64,000 bases of DNA from Thermoproteota archaeon (GTDB lineage Archaea > Korarchaeota > Korarchaeia > Korarchaeales > Korarchaeaceae), in the NCBI GenBank assembly GCA_027491915.1, contig JAOZGC010000001.1, forward strand, positions 32,001 through 96,000, given 5' to 3'. Within the stretch, counting starts at the first letter, position 1. Every line of letters begins with the position of its first letter. A program made the position numbers and the translations under genes. Under the pieces are notes generated by a model, which saw nothing but the letters and a program-made list of their open reading frames with translations, made no database searches and was not told where the DNA came from. Positions 55,362 through 64,000 of the stretch are shown in pieces.

Positions 55362-56561
55362 ATGAGGGTGCTCCTGATAGGCGCCGGCAGGATGGCCTCG
55401 GCCATAGCGGCCTACCTCTCGGACCCCAGGTTCGGGAGGCCAGCCGATGCCATCACCGTGGCGGACGTCCGTCGAGACGCGGCCTCCTCGCTTGTGGAGC
55501 GGCTGGAAGGGAGGGGCGCGTCCTCCTCCCTATCCTGGATCGTGCTGGACGCCTCCGACAGGGACGCCGTGGCGGAGGCCGCCGCGGCGGCCGGCGCGGA
55601 CGTCGTGATAGACGCCGCCCTGTTCGACACCATTCCGGCGTCCACGCTCGGGGCCCTGGACGCGGGCGCCAACTACCTCGACCTGGGGAGCGACAGGGAG
55701 ACCCTCCAGTGGCAGATATCCCTCTCCCGGGATTTCGCGGAGCGGGGGACTGTCGCCGTCCCCGGGATGGGCGGGTCGCCCGGGCTCATAAACGTCCTGG
55801 CCAGGGCCGCGGCGGACAGGCTGGACTCGGTCTCCGAGATGCGCATGAGGGAGGGGTGGAGGGACTTCGTCGACTACGACTCGCTGGGGGTGCCCCTGCC
55901 GGTCCCCTACTCCCTGGAGACCATACTGGACGAGTTCGAGTCCGAGGCCGAGGTGTTCTCGGACGGCGACGTCGTCAAGGTCCCGGGCATGTCGGGCCGG
56001 GAGGTCTGCGAGATGCCCGACCCGGTGGGGAGGGTGGAGTGCTACTACGTGGACCACCAGGAGGTCTGGAGCGTCGGAGTCTCCCTCTCTGACAGGGGGC
56101 TGAGGAGGGTGGACTACAAGCTCTCATTCCCTAGGGAGCTGTACGAGAAGTACCGCCTCCTCTCCGACCTCGGGTACGGGTCGGCGGAGCCCCTAGATCT
56201 GGACGGTCAAATATCCCCGCTGAGGCTGTTGGGGGTCTTGGTGCGGGAAAATCTGTCTGGAAAGAACTGGAGGCCGGACGACGTCGATCTGATGATGGTC
56301 AGGGCCATAGGCAAGTCGGCGGGACGAGACTCCAGGGTTGACGCCTTCGCGGAGGCGCGCTCGCTGGAGGATCCGCCCATCTCGTCTCACGCCGTTATGG
56401 TGGCGGCCCCGGCTTCCACGGCCGCCAGGTGGATAGTCGATGGGAGGCTGGACGCCCGGGGGGTCCTGCTCCCCGAGGTGTTCTTCGATCCAGGCGAGTT
56501 CCTGGGTGAGGTGTCCTCCCTGGGAATCAGGGTGTGGGTGGACGGCCCGACCTCTTTTTAA
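55362..56561 (+). CDS. Saccharopine dehydrogenase-family oxidoreductase
   Basis: IGAGRM, NYLDL, GMGGSPG, YS..TILDE, HQE, GVLLPE. Confidence 0.85.
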   Translation: MRVLLIGAGRMASAIAAYLSDPRFGRPADAITVADVRRDAASSLVERLEGRGASSSLSWIVLDASDRDAVAEAAAAAGADVVIDAALFDTIPASTLGALDAGANYLDLGSDRETLQWQISLSRDFAERGTVAVPGMGGSPGLINVLARAAADRLDSVSEMRMREGWRDFVDYDSLGVPLPVPYSLETILDEFESEAEVFSDGDVVKVPGMSGREVCEMPDPVGRVECYYVDHQEVWSVGVSLSDRGLRRVDYKLSFPRELYEKYRLLSDLGYGSAEPLDLDGQISPLRLLGVLVRENLSGKNWRPDDVDLMMVRAIGKSAGRDSRVDAFAEARSLEDPPISSHAVMVAAPASTAARWIVDGRLDARGVLLPEVFFDPGEFLGEVSSLGIRVWVDGPTSF

Positions 56562-56586
56562 TTGGAATCCGGGATCTCGGTTGGGA

Positions 56587-57321
56587 ATGCCGACCAAGAG
56601 GCTGTACTACCTAGATCAGTACATCAAGAGCTTCGAGTCCAGGGTCGAGGCCGTCTCGGAGGAGGGGGATCTTATGGGGGTCGTCCTTGAGGAGACGGCC
56701 TTCTACCCCAGGGGGGGAGGTCAGCCCTCCGACACGGGGACCCTGGCAGGGGGATCCTGGAAACTCAGAGTCGAGTCCGTGGAGGAGAGGGGGGGCGGAG
56801 AGATCGTCCATCTGGGACGGGCGGACGGCCGCCCCTCCGAGGGGGACCCGGTCCGGGGGACCCTGGATTGGGACAGGAGGTACAGGCTCATGAGGATGCA
56901 CACGGCGGCCCACATACTGATGGCCTCCGTCTCCAGGGTGTTCGGCAGGGTCGTGGACGTGGTGGGCAGCGGGCTCTCGGTGGAGAGGGGCAGGATGGAT
57001 TTCGCCGAGAGGATCAGGGCCAATCACGTGCCCGACATAGAGGCCGCGGCCAACAAGATAATCGCATCGGACGTCGAGGTCAGGGCCGCCTTCTTCCCCA
57101 GGGAGGGGGCTCGGGAGATCCTGGCCAAGTACGGGAGGAACCTGGGAGCGCCCCAGGCCGGGATGGAGACCGTCAGGATAGTGGAGATATCCGGAGTGGA
57201 CGCCGACCCCTGCGGGGGCACCCACGTCTCCAGGACCTCCGAGGTCGGGTCCCTCAGGATACTGAAGAGGGACAACAAGGGGAGGGGAGTCACGAGGCTG
57301 GTGTTCTCGGTTGAGCCCTGA
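56587..57321 (+). CDS. alaXM: Alanyl-tRNA editing protein AlaX-M
   Basis: FYPRGGGQPSD, MRMHTAAH, CGGTH. Confidence 0.9.
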   Translation: MPTKRLYYLDQYIKSFESRVEAVSEEGDLMGVVLEETAFYPRGGGQPSDTGTLAGGSWKLRVESVEERGGGEIVHLGRADGRPSEGDPVRGTLDWDRRYRLMRMHTAAHILMASVSRVFGRVVDVVGSGLSVERGRMDFAERIRANHVPDIEAAANKIIASDVEVRAAFFPREGAREILAKYGRNLGAPQAGMETVRIVEISGVDADPCGGTHVSRTSEVGSLRILKRDNKGRGVTRLVFSVEP

Positions 57322-59674
57322 GAGGCTCCCCACCATCAGGGAGGTCAGGATAAGGAACTTCAAGTCCTTCAGATCCCTGAACCTCCCCCTCCTACCCGGG
57401 ATCACCGGCATAACCGGGCCCAACGGCAGCGGGAAGTCGAACCTGCTCGAGTCCATAGCCTTCGTCCTGGGCCACAGGGGGAGGGGCCTCAGGGCCGCCC
57501 GCCTCGGCAATCTGGTCAGCAGGGGGGCGAGACGGGCCGAGGTCACCCTGAAGATAGCGACTCGTTCCGGCGAGAGGACCGTGAGCAGGGGGATCAGGGG
57601 GTCAACCGGCTTCTACAGGATCGGGGGGAGGATCGTCCCCAGGTACAGGGCCGAGCTCCTCCTGAGGGAGCTCGGGTACAGGGCGGACTGGTACACCTAC
57701 GTGGCCCAGGGGACCGTCACCAGGCTGGTCGAGATGAGCCCCAGGGAGAGGGTCGGGATAGTGGAGGAGATAAGCGGCGTCAGGGAGTTCGAGAGGAGGA
57801 GGGCCGAGATACTGACCAGGCTCGGGGAGGTGGAGGGGAGGCTGGAGGTGATCAGGGCCAGGCTCTCTGAGAGGGAGAGGTTCCTCAGCTCCCTGGCCCG
57901 GAGGATAGAACTGATGAGGCGCAGGGAGGAGCTGGAGAGGAGGGCCCTCTCCCTGAGGAAGGCCGTCCTGCTGGAGGAGCTGAACCGCGTCAGGGGGAGG
58001 ATATCCGAGCTGCGCCTGGGATTGGAGGGTGGGGGGGAGGCGGGGGGAGATTCTAATCCCGACGTGGAAATGGAGGCCGTTGAGGCGGCCATAAGGGAGG
58101 CCGAGCGCAGGCTGAGGGAGCTGGAATCGGACGAACACATGAGGATCGCGAGGGAGGCCGAGTCCGTCAGACTGAGGATTAGGTCCAAGAGGAGAGAGCT
58201 ATCAGCCGTGGAGAGGGAGATCGAGGCGATCAGGGCCACCCTATCCTCGGTGGGGGAGCTTGGTGTTCCCAGGGAGATATCCGGGGTCGAGGGAGTGTTG
58301 GGAACCGTGTCTCAGCTGATAAAACCGCTGCCCGGTTACGAGCGAGCCTACAGGGCGGCCGCGGGTGGGAGGGCGGGGGACGTGGTGGTCGAGAGCCTGG
58401 ACCTGGCGCTGAGCCTCCGGGGGGCGCTCAGGAGGTCCGGGCGGAGGGTGAGGCTGATCCCGCTCGACGTGGTCAGGCCGGGCCGACCGCCCTCCCCGCC
58501 TGGGTACTCCCTCGGCCTCATGATAGAGCACCTATCTTACGATCCAGACCTGGACGGTGTCGCCAGGGCGGTCTTCGGGGGGACCGTGGTGGTGAGGGAC
58601 CTGAGGGACGTTTCCAGGGGGGACATAGGGAGGGCCAGGTTCGTCAGCCTGGACGGGGACCTCATGGAGAGGGACGGGAGCGTCATAGTCACCCCCGACA
58701 GGTCTGGGGTCAGGGGAAGGCTGGAGAGGCTGGACGAGTTGGAGGCCGAGAGGGAGAGGCTGCGATCGGAGTTGGCGGATCTGGAGAGGAGGGTCTCTTC
58801 CCTTCCAGACGAGTCCTCCGTCCGCAGGATGGCGGAGGAGCTGAGGGGGGTCCGATCCTCCCTGTCGAGGCTGAGGGAGCGCAAGGAGAGGATCCTCCGC
58901 CTGAGACTCGAGGAGGCCAGGAGGAGGGCCGCCGTCTCAGAAGAGCTGGGGAGGCTGGAGGCGAGGGAGGAGCAGATCCTTCGTGAGCTCGACTCCCTTG
59001 GGGACGTGGAACCGGCCGACCCCGGGTGGGGCGACCCTTCATCTGCCCTGGCGGCCGTCAGGGCCGAGCTGAGGTCGCTGCCCGCCCCCGATCCCGGGCT
59101 CGAGGAAGAGTACGGTCGGGAGCTCGAGAAGGTCAAGCTCGCGAGGGCCGAGGCGGAGGAGATAGAGAGGGAGAGAATGGAGGTGCTGGAGGCGCTCAGG
59201 AGGGCAACGGGGGAGAGGGACGGGGCTCTGGCGGACGCCGTGGGTAGGCTGGCGGAGGCCTTCTCCAAGATCTACGGGGAGGTGTCCGGCGGATCCGCCA
59301 GGATGTGGCTGAGCGGGAGCTGGCCCGACGCTGCCCTGGAGATAGAGGTGATCCCCCCAGGGAAGCCCCCGACGAGGCTCGAGTCGCTGTCCGGCGGGGA
59401 GAAATCGGTGGCCGCCCTGGCCCTCGTGGCGGCCGTGGCCGCGGTCAGGCCATCCCCCATATACCTGTTCGACGAGGCCGACGCCATGCTCGACGCGGAG
59501 AACTGCCGGAGGTTCGCCAAGATACTGCGGATCCTGGCCTACTCTGGATCCCAGGTCCTCGTGGTGTCCTTGAAGAGGGAGACCCTGTCGGAGGCCGACA
59601 GGATTCTCGGCGTGACCGACTCGGGCGGGAGATCGAGGGTGGTCGGGGTTGACCTCTCCAGGTACCCGGGATGA
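57311..59674 (+). CDS. smc: Short (787 aa) SMC ATPase with hinge
   Basis: NFKSF, GPNGSGKSN, VAQG, hinge GVLGTVSQLI...LIPLD...FVSLDG, LSGGEKS, FDEADAMLD. Confidence 0.9.
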   Translation: MSPERLPTIREVRIRNFKSFRSLNLPLLPGITGITGPNGSGKSNLLESIAFVLGHRGRGLRAARLGNLVSRGARRAEVTLKIATRSGERTVSRGIRGSTGFYRIGGRIVPRYRAELLLRELGYRADWYTYVAQGTVTRLVEMSPRERVGIVEEISGVREFERRRAEILTRLGEVEGRLEVIRARLSERERFLSSLARRIELMRRREELERRALSLRKAVLLEELNRVRGRISELRLGLEGGGEAGGDSNPDVEMEAVEAAIREAERRLRELESDEHMRIAREAESVRLRIRSKRRELSAVEREIEAIRATLSSVGELGVPREISGVEGVLGTVSQLIKPLPGYERAYRAAAGGRAGDVVVESLDLALSLRGALRRSGRRVRLIPLDVVRPGRPPSPPGYSLGLMIEHLSYDPDLDGVARAVFGGTVVVRDLRDVSRGDIGRARFVSLDGDLMERDGSVIVTPDRSGVRGRLERLDELEAERERLRSELADLERRVSSLPDESSVRRMAEELRGVRSSLSRLRERKERILRLRLEEARRRAAVSEELGRLEAREEQILRELDSLGDVEPADPGWGDPSSALAAVRAELRSLPAPDPGLEEEYGRELEKVKLARAEAEEIERERMEVLEALRRATGERDGALADAVGRLAEAFSKIYGEVSGGSARMWLSGSWPDAALEIEVIPPGKPPTRLESLSGGEKSVAALALVAAVAAVRPSPIYLFDEADAMLDAENCRRFAKILRILAYSGSQVLVVSLKRETLSEADRILGVTDSGGRSRVVGVDLSRYPG

Positions 59675-60251
59675 GTCGAAGTCCCGCGTCGAGGAGGCCC
59701 TCAGGGAGTTCTCCGTCAGGGGGGACCTCGAGGTCCTCGCGCTCCGCCTGCTGCTGATAAGCGAGGATCTGGCCTCCAGGGCGGCTAGGCTCCTCAGGTC
59801 GATCCTCCCTGGGGAGGGAACCAGACCCCGGGGTTCCGGGGGGAGGGCCGGCGGGACCGCCCGGAACGTGCCCCCCCTCACCCCCAGGATGGGGCGGATC
59901 GTGATGATACCCCCCTCGGCCCGGGAGTTCGAAGTCGAGAGAGATTGGGCATCCAGCCTGGTGGGCCGGGCCCGGGAGGCTGTCAGGGTCGTGGCGGCCC
60001 TGGCCGCCGATCTCCTCAGGGAGATCGAGCGGCTCAGGGAGAGGATATCGACCCTCCTCAGGGAGGGCAGGGGGACCTTCACCCTGAGGGAGCTGGCGAG
60101 GGACAGGGAGGAGGCGTCGGCCTACCTTATATCCCTCCTCCTGCTGGAGAGGGAGGGGGAGGTCCTACTCTCTCAGGACAGGATCTACGGGGACCTGGTG
60201 GTGAGGGTGAGTCCCGTTGGCGGGGGAGGTGGACGCGGCCCTCCTGGTTGA
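59649..60251 (+). CDS. scpA: Kleisin ScpA-like protein (shortened)
   Basis: C-terminal ISLLLLEREGEVLLSQDRIYGDLVV matches the ScpA cWHD; located between smc and scpB. Confidence 0.75.
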   Translation: MTSPGTRDESKSRVEEALREFSVRGDLEVLALRLLLISEDLASRAARLLRSILPGEGTRPRGSGGRAGGTARNVPPLTPRMGRIVMIPPSAREFEVERDWASSLVGRAREAVRVVAALAADLLREIERLRERISTLLREGRGTFTLRELARDREEASAYLISLLLLEREGEVLLSQDRIYGDLVVRVSPVGGGGGRGPPG

Positions 60252-60705
60252 GGCGGCCCTCTTCGCGGCCGGGAGGCCCATGTCCGTCGAGGAGATATCT
60301 GAGGCGACCGGCCTGGAGGTCGAGGAGGTCGAGTCGGTCATTCCGAGGATCTCCGAGTCCCTGAAGGGGAGGCCCTACTTCCTCCAGGAGAGGCCCGACG
60401 GCCTGTTCATGACCCTGAGGCCGGAGTACAGGGAGGTGGCGGAACGCGTCTCGGCCAGGCCGGAGCTCTCCAGGGCCGAGCTCAGAACCCTCGCCGTGAT
60501 ATCGGCCCTCGGCCCGCTCAGCCTATCTAGGTTGGCCGAGCTGAGGGGTTCCTCGGCCTACGCGCACGTCAAGAAGTTGAGGAAGAAGGGGTTGATCTAC
60601 GTCAAGAGGGCCGGGCGGGGAAGGGTGGTCGGCGTCACGAGGGACTTTCGGAGGTTCTTCGAGCCCCCGGGACCCGAGCTTATTAAGGGAGCCGGGGGGG
60701 AGTGA
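60217..60705 (+). CDS. scpB: Kite subunit ScpB
   Basis: VEAALFAAGRP, LSRAELRTLAVI, RG..AYAHVKKL...GLI, T.DF..FF. Confidence 0.9.
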   Translation: MAGEVDAALLVEAALFAAGRPMSVEEISEATGLEVEEVESVIPRISESLKGRPYFLQERPDGLFMTLRPEYREVAERVSARPELSRAELRTLAVISALGPLSLSRLAELRGSSAYAHVKKLRKKGLIYVKRAGRGRVVGVTRDFRRFFEPPGPELIKGAGGE

Positions 60706-60717
60706 AGGGTGCCCCCG

Positions 60718-62613
60718 ATGGCGGTGGGGGAGAGGGTCTCGAGGGAGCTGCGGGAGAGGGCCCTCGCCGAGGACGTCGACCAGGTCCTGAAGGCCCTAGA
60801 GAGGGAGGGGCTGCTGGACGCGTTCGAGGGCTATCTCCTGGCCCGGGACATATCCCTCTCCCTGTGCGGGGGCCTCGTGAGCATAGGGTCTCCGACCGCC
60901 AAGGAGATCAGGGCCAAGTTGGAGTCCCTGGGGGGGGAGGCGGCCTCACTCCTCTCCACCCTGGCCAGATCCAGCGGGAAGGGCGGATTCCCCTTCTCCG
61001 GCGGGATCCCGTCGGAGCTGGTCTCCGAGGCGGATCGGGCCCTTGACTCCCTGATCTCAGAGCTGGAGGGGGCGACCTACCTGCTCATCTCCGAGGCGCT
61101 CCGACTGGTGGGACCGACCAGGGAGTCGGTGCTGCGCACGGCCAGGTCACTCCTTGATTCCCTCGTGGGGGGTACCAAGCTTGGAGAACGGTGGGAGAGG
61201 ATACCCGATCTGATATCGGCTCTGGAACAGCTTTCCCCCCCCTCGGAGGGCTCGCCGCCCGGAGACGTCAGAGACTACGTCTCGCTGGTGGCAGAGGTCA
61301 AGGCCGCGGTATCGGAGGTGGAGGAGAGGCTCTCAAGATCGAAGGAGGCGACGGAGAGGCTAGGCCTCGCGCTGACCGAGCTCGAGTCTACCATAGAGGA
61401 GATCAGAAGGGAGATCTCCGCCGCCGAGGAGGAGGGGATCAGGGCCGAGTTCATGGCCGAGACGATCGAGTGGGCTCTGGTCAGGGCCAAGAGACTCAGG
61501 AGGAGGTGCCAACCCGGGGACGTGGAGTGCGCCGAGAAGGCGGCCGAGGACGCCGTCAGGCTGGGGAACAGGATAAGGGAGATGGCGGAGTCGGGGATAA
61601 GGCAGCTCAGGGAACTTACTGATCTAATGAGGGAGGTGACAGGACTCATTCCGGAGGCGGAGGCCGCGGCCGAGGCCCTGGGGAGGGAGCTCTCCTCCGA
61701 CTCGCTCAGGCTGATAGTCAGGGACGCCGCGGCCGAGCTCTCCGGATACATGGGTGGAATGGTCATTAAGGATCAGGATGAGATGGAGAACTTCCGAACC
61801 AGGCTCCTCGAGATGAGGGACGTCCTGAGATCACTGATCTCCCTAAGGAGAGCCTCGGAGGAGGCCGGCGGCCTGGAAGAGATGGCCTCCAGAATAGCAG
61901 ATGGGCTGTCCTCCTTGGCCATAATAAGGGCGGTGCTCGCCAAGTCGGAAGAAGATCCGAGCATACTGACGAGAGAAGCCCTCCCAGCACTCAAAGAATT
62001 TGGGGAGAAGATATCGGAGTATAGAGAGGCCCAGAGGGACGCTGAGAGGTTGTATCCCTACTGGAAGAGGTACCTGCTGGATCTGGCAAGGGAGCGCGGC
62101 GGGCGGGTGAGCGCGGGAGAGCTGACCAGGATCCCCCAGAGGTGGAGGCCGTGGTTCCTCAGGAGGGTGGAGGAAGAGGGTATTGCCTCGGTCTCTGAGG
62201 GTATTGTGGCCGTGACGATGCCGCAAGAGGGTCCGCCCAGAGCCAGCGTGGGGGCTGGCCCGACGTTCGAGAGGGAGGCCCCGGCCGCCGCGAAGCCCGC
62301 TGGACGGGCTCCAGAGATCATCGGATCGGCCGGGGCGGAGGCCCCTCCCCCGGAGGCCCCTCCCCCGGAGGCCCCTTCCCCCCGCACTACTTCCCTCTCC
62401 CCCTCCCCAACTCCGCCCAGGCCGAGGTCCGCCCCCGCAGGGATTCGAGGCAGGATGGGTGGTAGGGCGGGGATGAGATCGTCGATCTCACCGGCCCACG
62501 CGCTCATTCGACTGGCCCTTGAGCTGCTCTCTTCCGAGACCGGGGCCAACGTCCCGCCCGCCCAACCAGACGCGGAGGACTTGAAGCGTAGGATAGCGGC
62601 CCACCTCATCTGA
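60718..62613 (+). CDS. Large helical/coiled-coil hypothetical protein with putative winged-helix and Pro-rich tail
   Basis: Long ORF rich in E/L/R/A heptads; no TM helix or ATPase motif. Confidence 0.75.
   Translation: MAVGERVSRELRERALAEDVDQVLKALEREGLLDAFEGYLLARDISLSLCGGLVSIGSPTAKEIRAKLESLGGEAASLLSTLARSSGKGGFPFSGGIPSELVSEADRALDSLISELEGATYLLISEALRLVGPTRESVLRTARSLLDSLVGGTKLGERWERIPDLISALEQLSPPSEGSPPGDVRDYVSLVAEVKAAVSEVEERLSRSKEATERLGLALTELESTIEEIRREISAAEEEGIRAEFMAETIEWALVRAKRLRRRCQPGDVECAEKAAEDAVRLGNRIREMAESGIRQLRELTDLMREVTGLIPEAEAAAEALGRELSSDSLRLIVRDAAAELSGYMGGMVIKDQDEMENFRTRLLEMRDVLRSLISLRRASEEAGGLEEMASRIADGLSSLAIIRAVLAKSEEDPSILTREALPALKEFGEKISEYREAQRDAERLYPYWKRYLLDLARERGGRVSAGELTRIPQRWRPWFLRRVEEEGIASVSEGIVAVTMPQEGPPRASVGAGPTFEREAPAAAKPAGRAPEIIGSAGAEAPPPEAPPPEAPSPRTTSLSPSPTPPRPRSAPAGIRGRMGGRAGMRSSISPAHALIRLALELLSSETGANVPPAQPDAEDLKRRIAAHLI
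62337..62376 (+). repeat. 15-bp tandem repeat (ggaggcccctccccc), about 2.7 copies, encoding EAPPP
   Basis: Directly visible in sequence. Confidence 0.8.
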
Positions 62614-62654
62614 AATTGTCCCCCACGGCGGCGGGGAGGACCGCGACTTCAGGA

Positions 62655-62683
62655 ATGGACAAACGGTCCATATGGTTTATTAA
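62655..62683 (+). promoter_or_regulatory. ATGGAC-N5-GTCCAT inverted repeat next to a TTTATTAA box
   Basis: Dyad at 62655-62671; TATA at 62676-62683, about 30 nt before GTG 62713. Confidence 0.5.
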
Positions 62684-62712
62684 CCGGGCGGGGGGCGCTC
62701 TCTCGATAGGAC

Positions 62713-64000
62713 GTGATAGTGGTAAATGCCGTGCTGTCCGAGAGCGAGCTGTCCCAAGAACTCAGATATCTCCTCCTGAAGCTCAGAGAGAGACATCCCG
62801 ACTCCGTCTCCGTCTACTTCTACGACGTATCCAGCATAAAGAAAAAGAAGGAGGTGAAGAACCTCCCGGAGATCAAGATAGACGGGCTCTCGCTCTCGGG
62901 AGAGGAGGCCCTGGCAGCGGCCGAGACGCTGCTGGACCTGCTCGAGTCGGGCGTCTCCCCCACGCCTCCTCTCATACTCCGGAAGATCAGGGAGCGGAGG
63001 CTGGCAATAATAAGCGAGGCGAAGGAGGCCCTGAGGAGGCTGGAAGAGGTAACCTCCGTCATACCCCCCGAGAGGAGGACCGTGATGGAGAGGTACAGGG
63101 AGGAGCTCCAGGCCATATCCACGGGAATGTTCGGATACAGCAAGAGGTCTATAGAGAGGGCCAGAGAGGAGCTGGATCGGATAAACTACCTCATAAGGAA
63201 GCTGGCCTCGGAGGGGGTAGAGGACAGGCTATCCAGCAGGATAGCCCTGATACACAGGGGGGTGTTCGAGGCCCTGAGCGAGGCAGAGGAGATCTCCCGC
63301 CTGCTGGGCGCGGAGGTGAGGTCGGAGATCCTGGAGTCGCTGCGAGGGGCCCTGGCCGAACTCAGGGAGGGCCCGAAGAACGTGGGCGATATAGCCGAGG
63401 CCGCCCTGGGCAAGCTCGGGGAGGTGGTCGAATTGGAGCGGCGGCGGATACAGTGGCTGGAGAGGGTGCAGGGCCGACTGACGAAGGTCAGGAGCAGGGT
63501 GGGCGGTTGGTTGGCCTCGGCCAGCTCCCTGGACGCCGGGATCGGAATCAACTGGTTCACCAAGATGAGCGTCGCCGTCCTGACCAGGCTGTTCGTTAGG
63601 CTGGCCTTCCCGTCGGGAGACTGGCTAGCCTCCCTCAGGGAGATAGACGACATGATAAATCAGCTCGACCTGATCCCCCTGATCTCCGAGACCGTCGACT
63701 CCGCAGCCCAGTCCGGGATAGACGCCGGAATGAGGGCGGTGGAGACCCTCAGGCTCGCCGTCAGGAGGATGGACCCCGAGAAGGCGACCCTCGATGACAT
63801 GAATTCTATGATAGAGGAGATCAGGGCGGCCGCCGCCGGGGCCGCCGGGGGCCGCGGGGCGCCCGTCTCCCTGGAGATCAAGATCGACGAGATCTCGGAG
63901 AAGGTGTCCCGGCTGATAGACACGGCCTCCCGGCTGGTCAAACTGGGGGTCGAGGCCGACCGGGAGCTGGCGGAACTGCTCGAGGTGGAGGGCTCCCTGA
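62713..64000 (+). CDS. Large helical/coiled-coil hypothetical protein, truncated by the window end; absent from the ORF track
   Basis: Frame from GTG 62713 (VIVVNAVLSESELSQELRYLL...) appears open to the window end (>420 codons) with typical codon usage. Confidence 0.8.
   Translation, partial: MIVVNAVLSESELSQELRYLLLKLRERHPDSVSVYFYDVSSIKKKKEVKNLPEIKIDGLSLSGEEALAAAETLLDLLESGVSPTPPLILRKIRERRLAIISEAKEALRRLEEVTSVIPPERRTVMERYREELQAISTGMFGYSKRSIERAREELDRINYLIRKLASEGVEDRLSSRIALIHRGVFEALSEAEEISRLLGAEVRSEILESLRGALAELREGPKNVGDIAEAALGKLGEVVELERRRIQWLERVQGRLTKVRSRVGGWLASASSLDAGIGINWFTKMSVAVLTRLFVRLAFPSGDWLASLREIDDMINQLDLIPLISETVDSAAQSGIDAGMRAVETLRLAVRRMDPEKATLDDMNSMIEEIRAAAAGAAGGRGAPVSLEIKIDEISEKVSRLIDTASRLVKLGVEADRELAELLEVEGSL

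Noticed and set aside
57311-62613. smc operon as a Wadjet/MksBEFG defence system or as Rad50-Mre11
   Set aside because: It has an Smc-type hinge rather than a CxxC hook, ScpA/ScpB-type partners in smc-first order, and no Toprim (JetD) or Mre11 nuclease gene is visible.
1-64000. CRISPR array, IS elements, rRNA, Sec/Pyl read-through
   Set aside because: I saw no regularly spaced repeats, transposase motifs, rRNA sequence or in-frame stops splitting conserved domains on manual reading.

Overview
64 kb of densely coding, very GC-rich archaeal chromosome. EgsA, ABCE1, deoxyhypusine synthase, archaeal GluRS/MetRS, DUF1512, XerA, TATA-type promoters and an intron-containing tRNA point to a thermophilic TACK lineage; a Korarchaeia-like assignment is inference only. 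It holds about 65 mostly housekeeping CDS: a KaiC/V4R cluster, iorAB, a dpp/opp ABC operon, a NatAB-type exporter, lipid-carrier enzymes and several surface proteins. I found no CRISPR array, IS element or provirus. Most notable: (1) a miniature Smc-ScpA-ScpB operon with roughly half-length arms, a degenerate hinge motif and a shortened kleisin, followed by two large uncharacterised coiled-coil genes; (2) a motif shared between one of those proteins and the cytoplasmic tail of a beta-propeller membrane protein 30 kb away; (3) a tRNA-Tyr with two introns; (4) a candidate box C/D guide RNA against the 23S peptidyl-transferase region; (5) probable CTG-start genes, one missing from the ORF track; (6) a perfect 68-bp internal duplication in ABCE1; (7) a HisD homolog lacking its catalytic His. 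All calls come from manual motif recognition, with no database searches.
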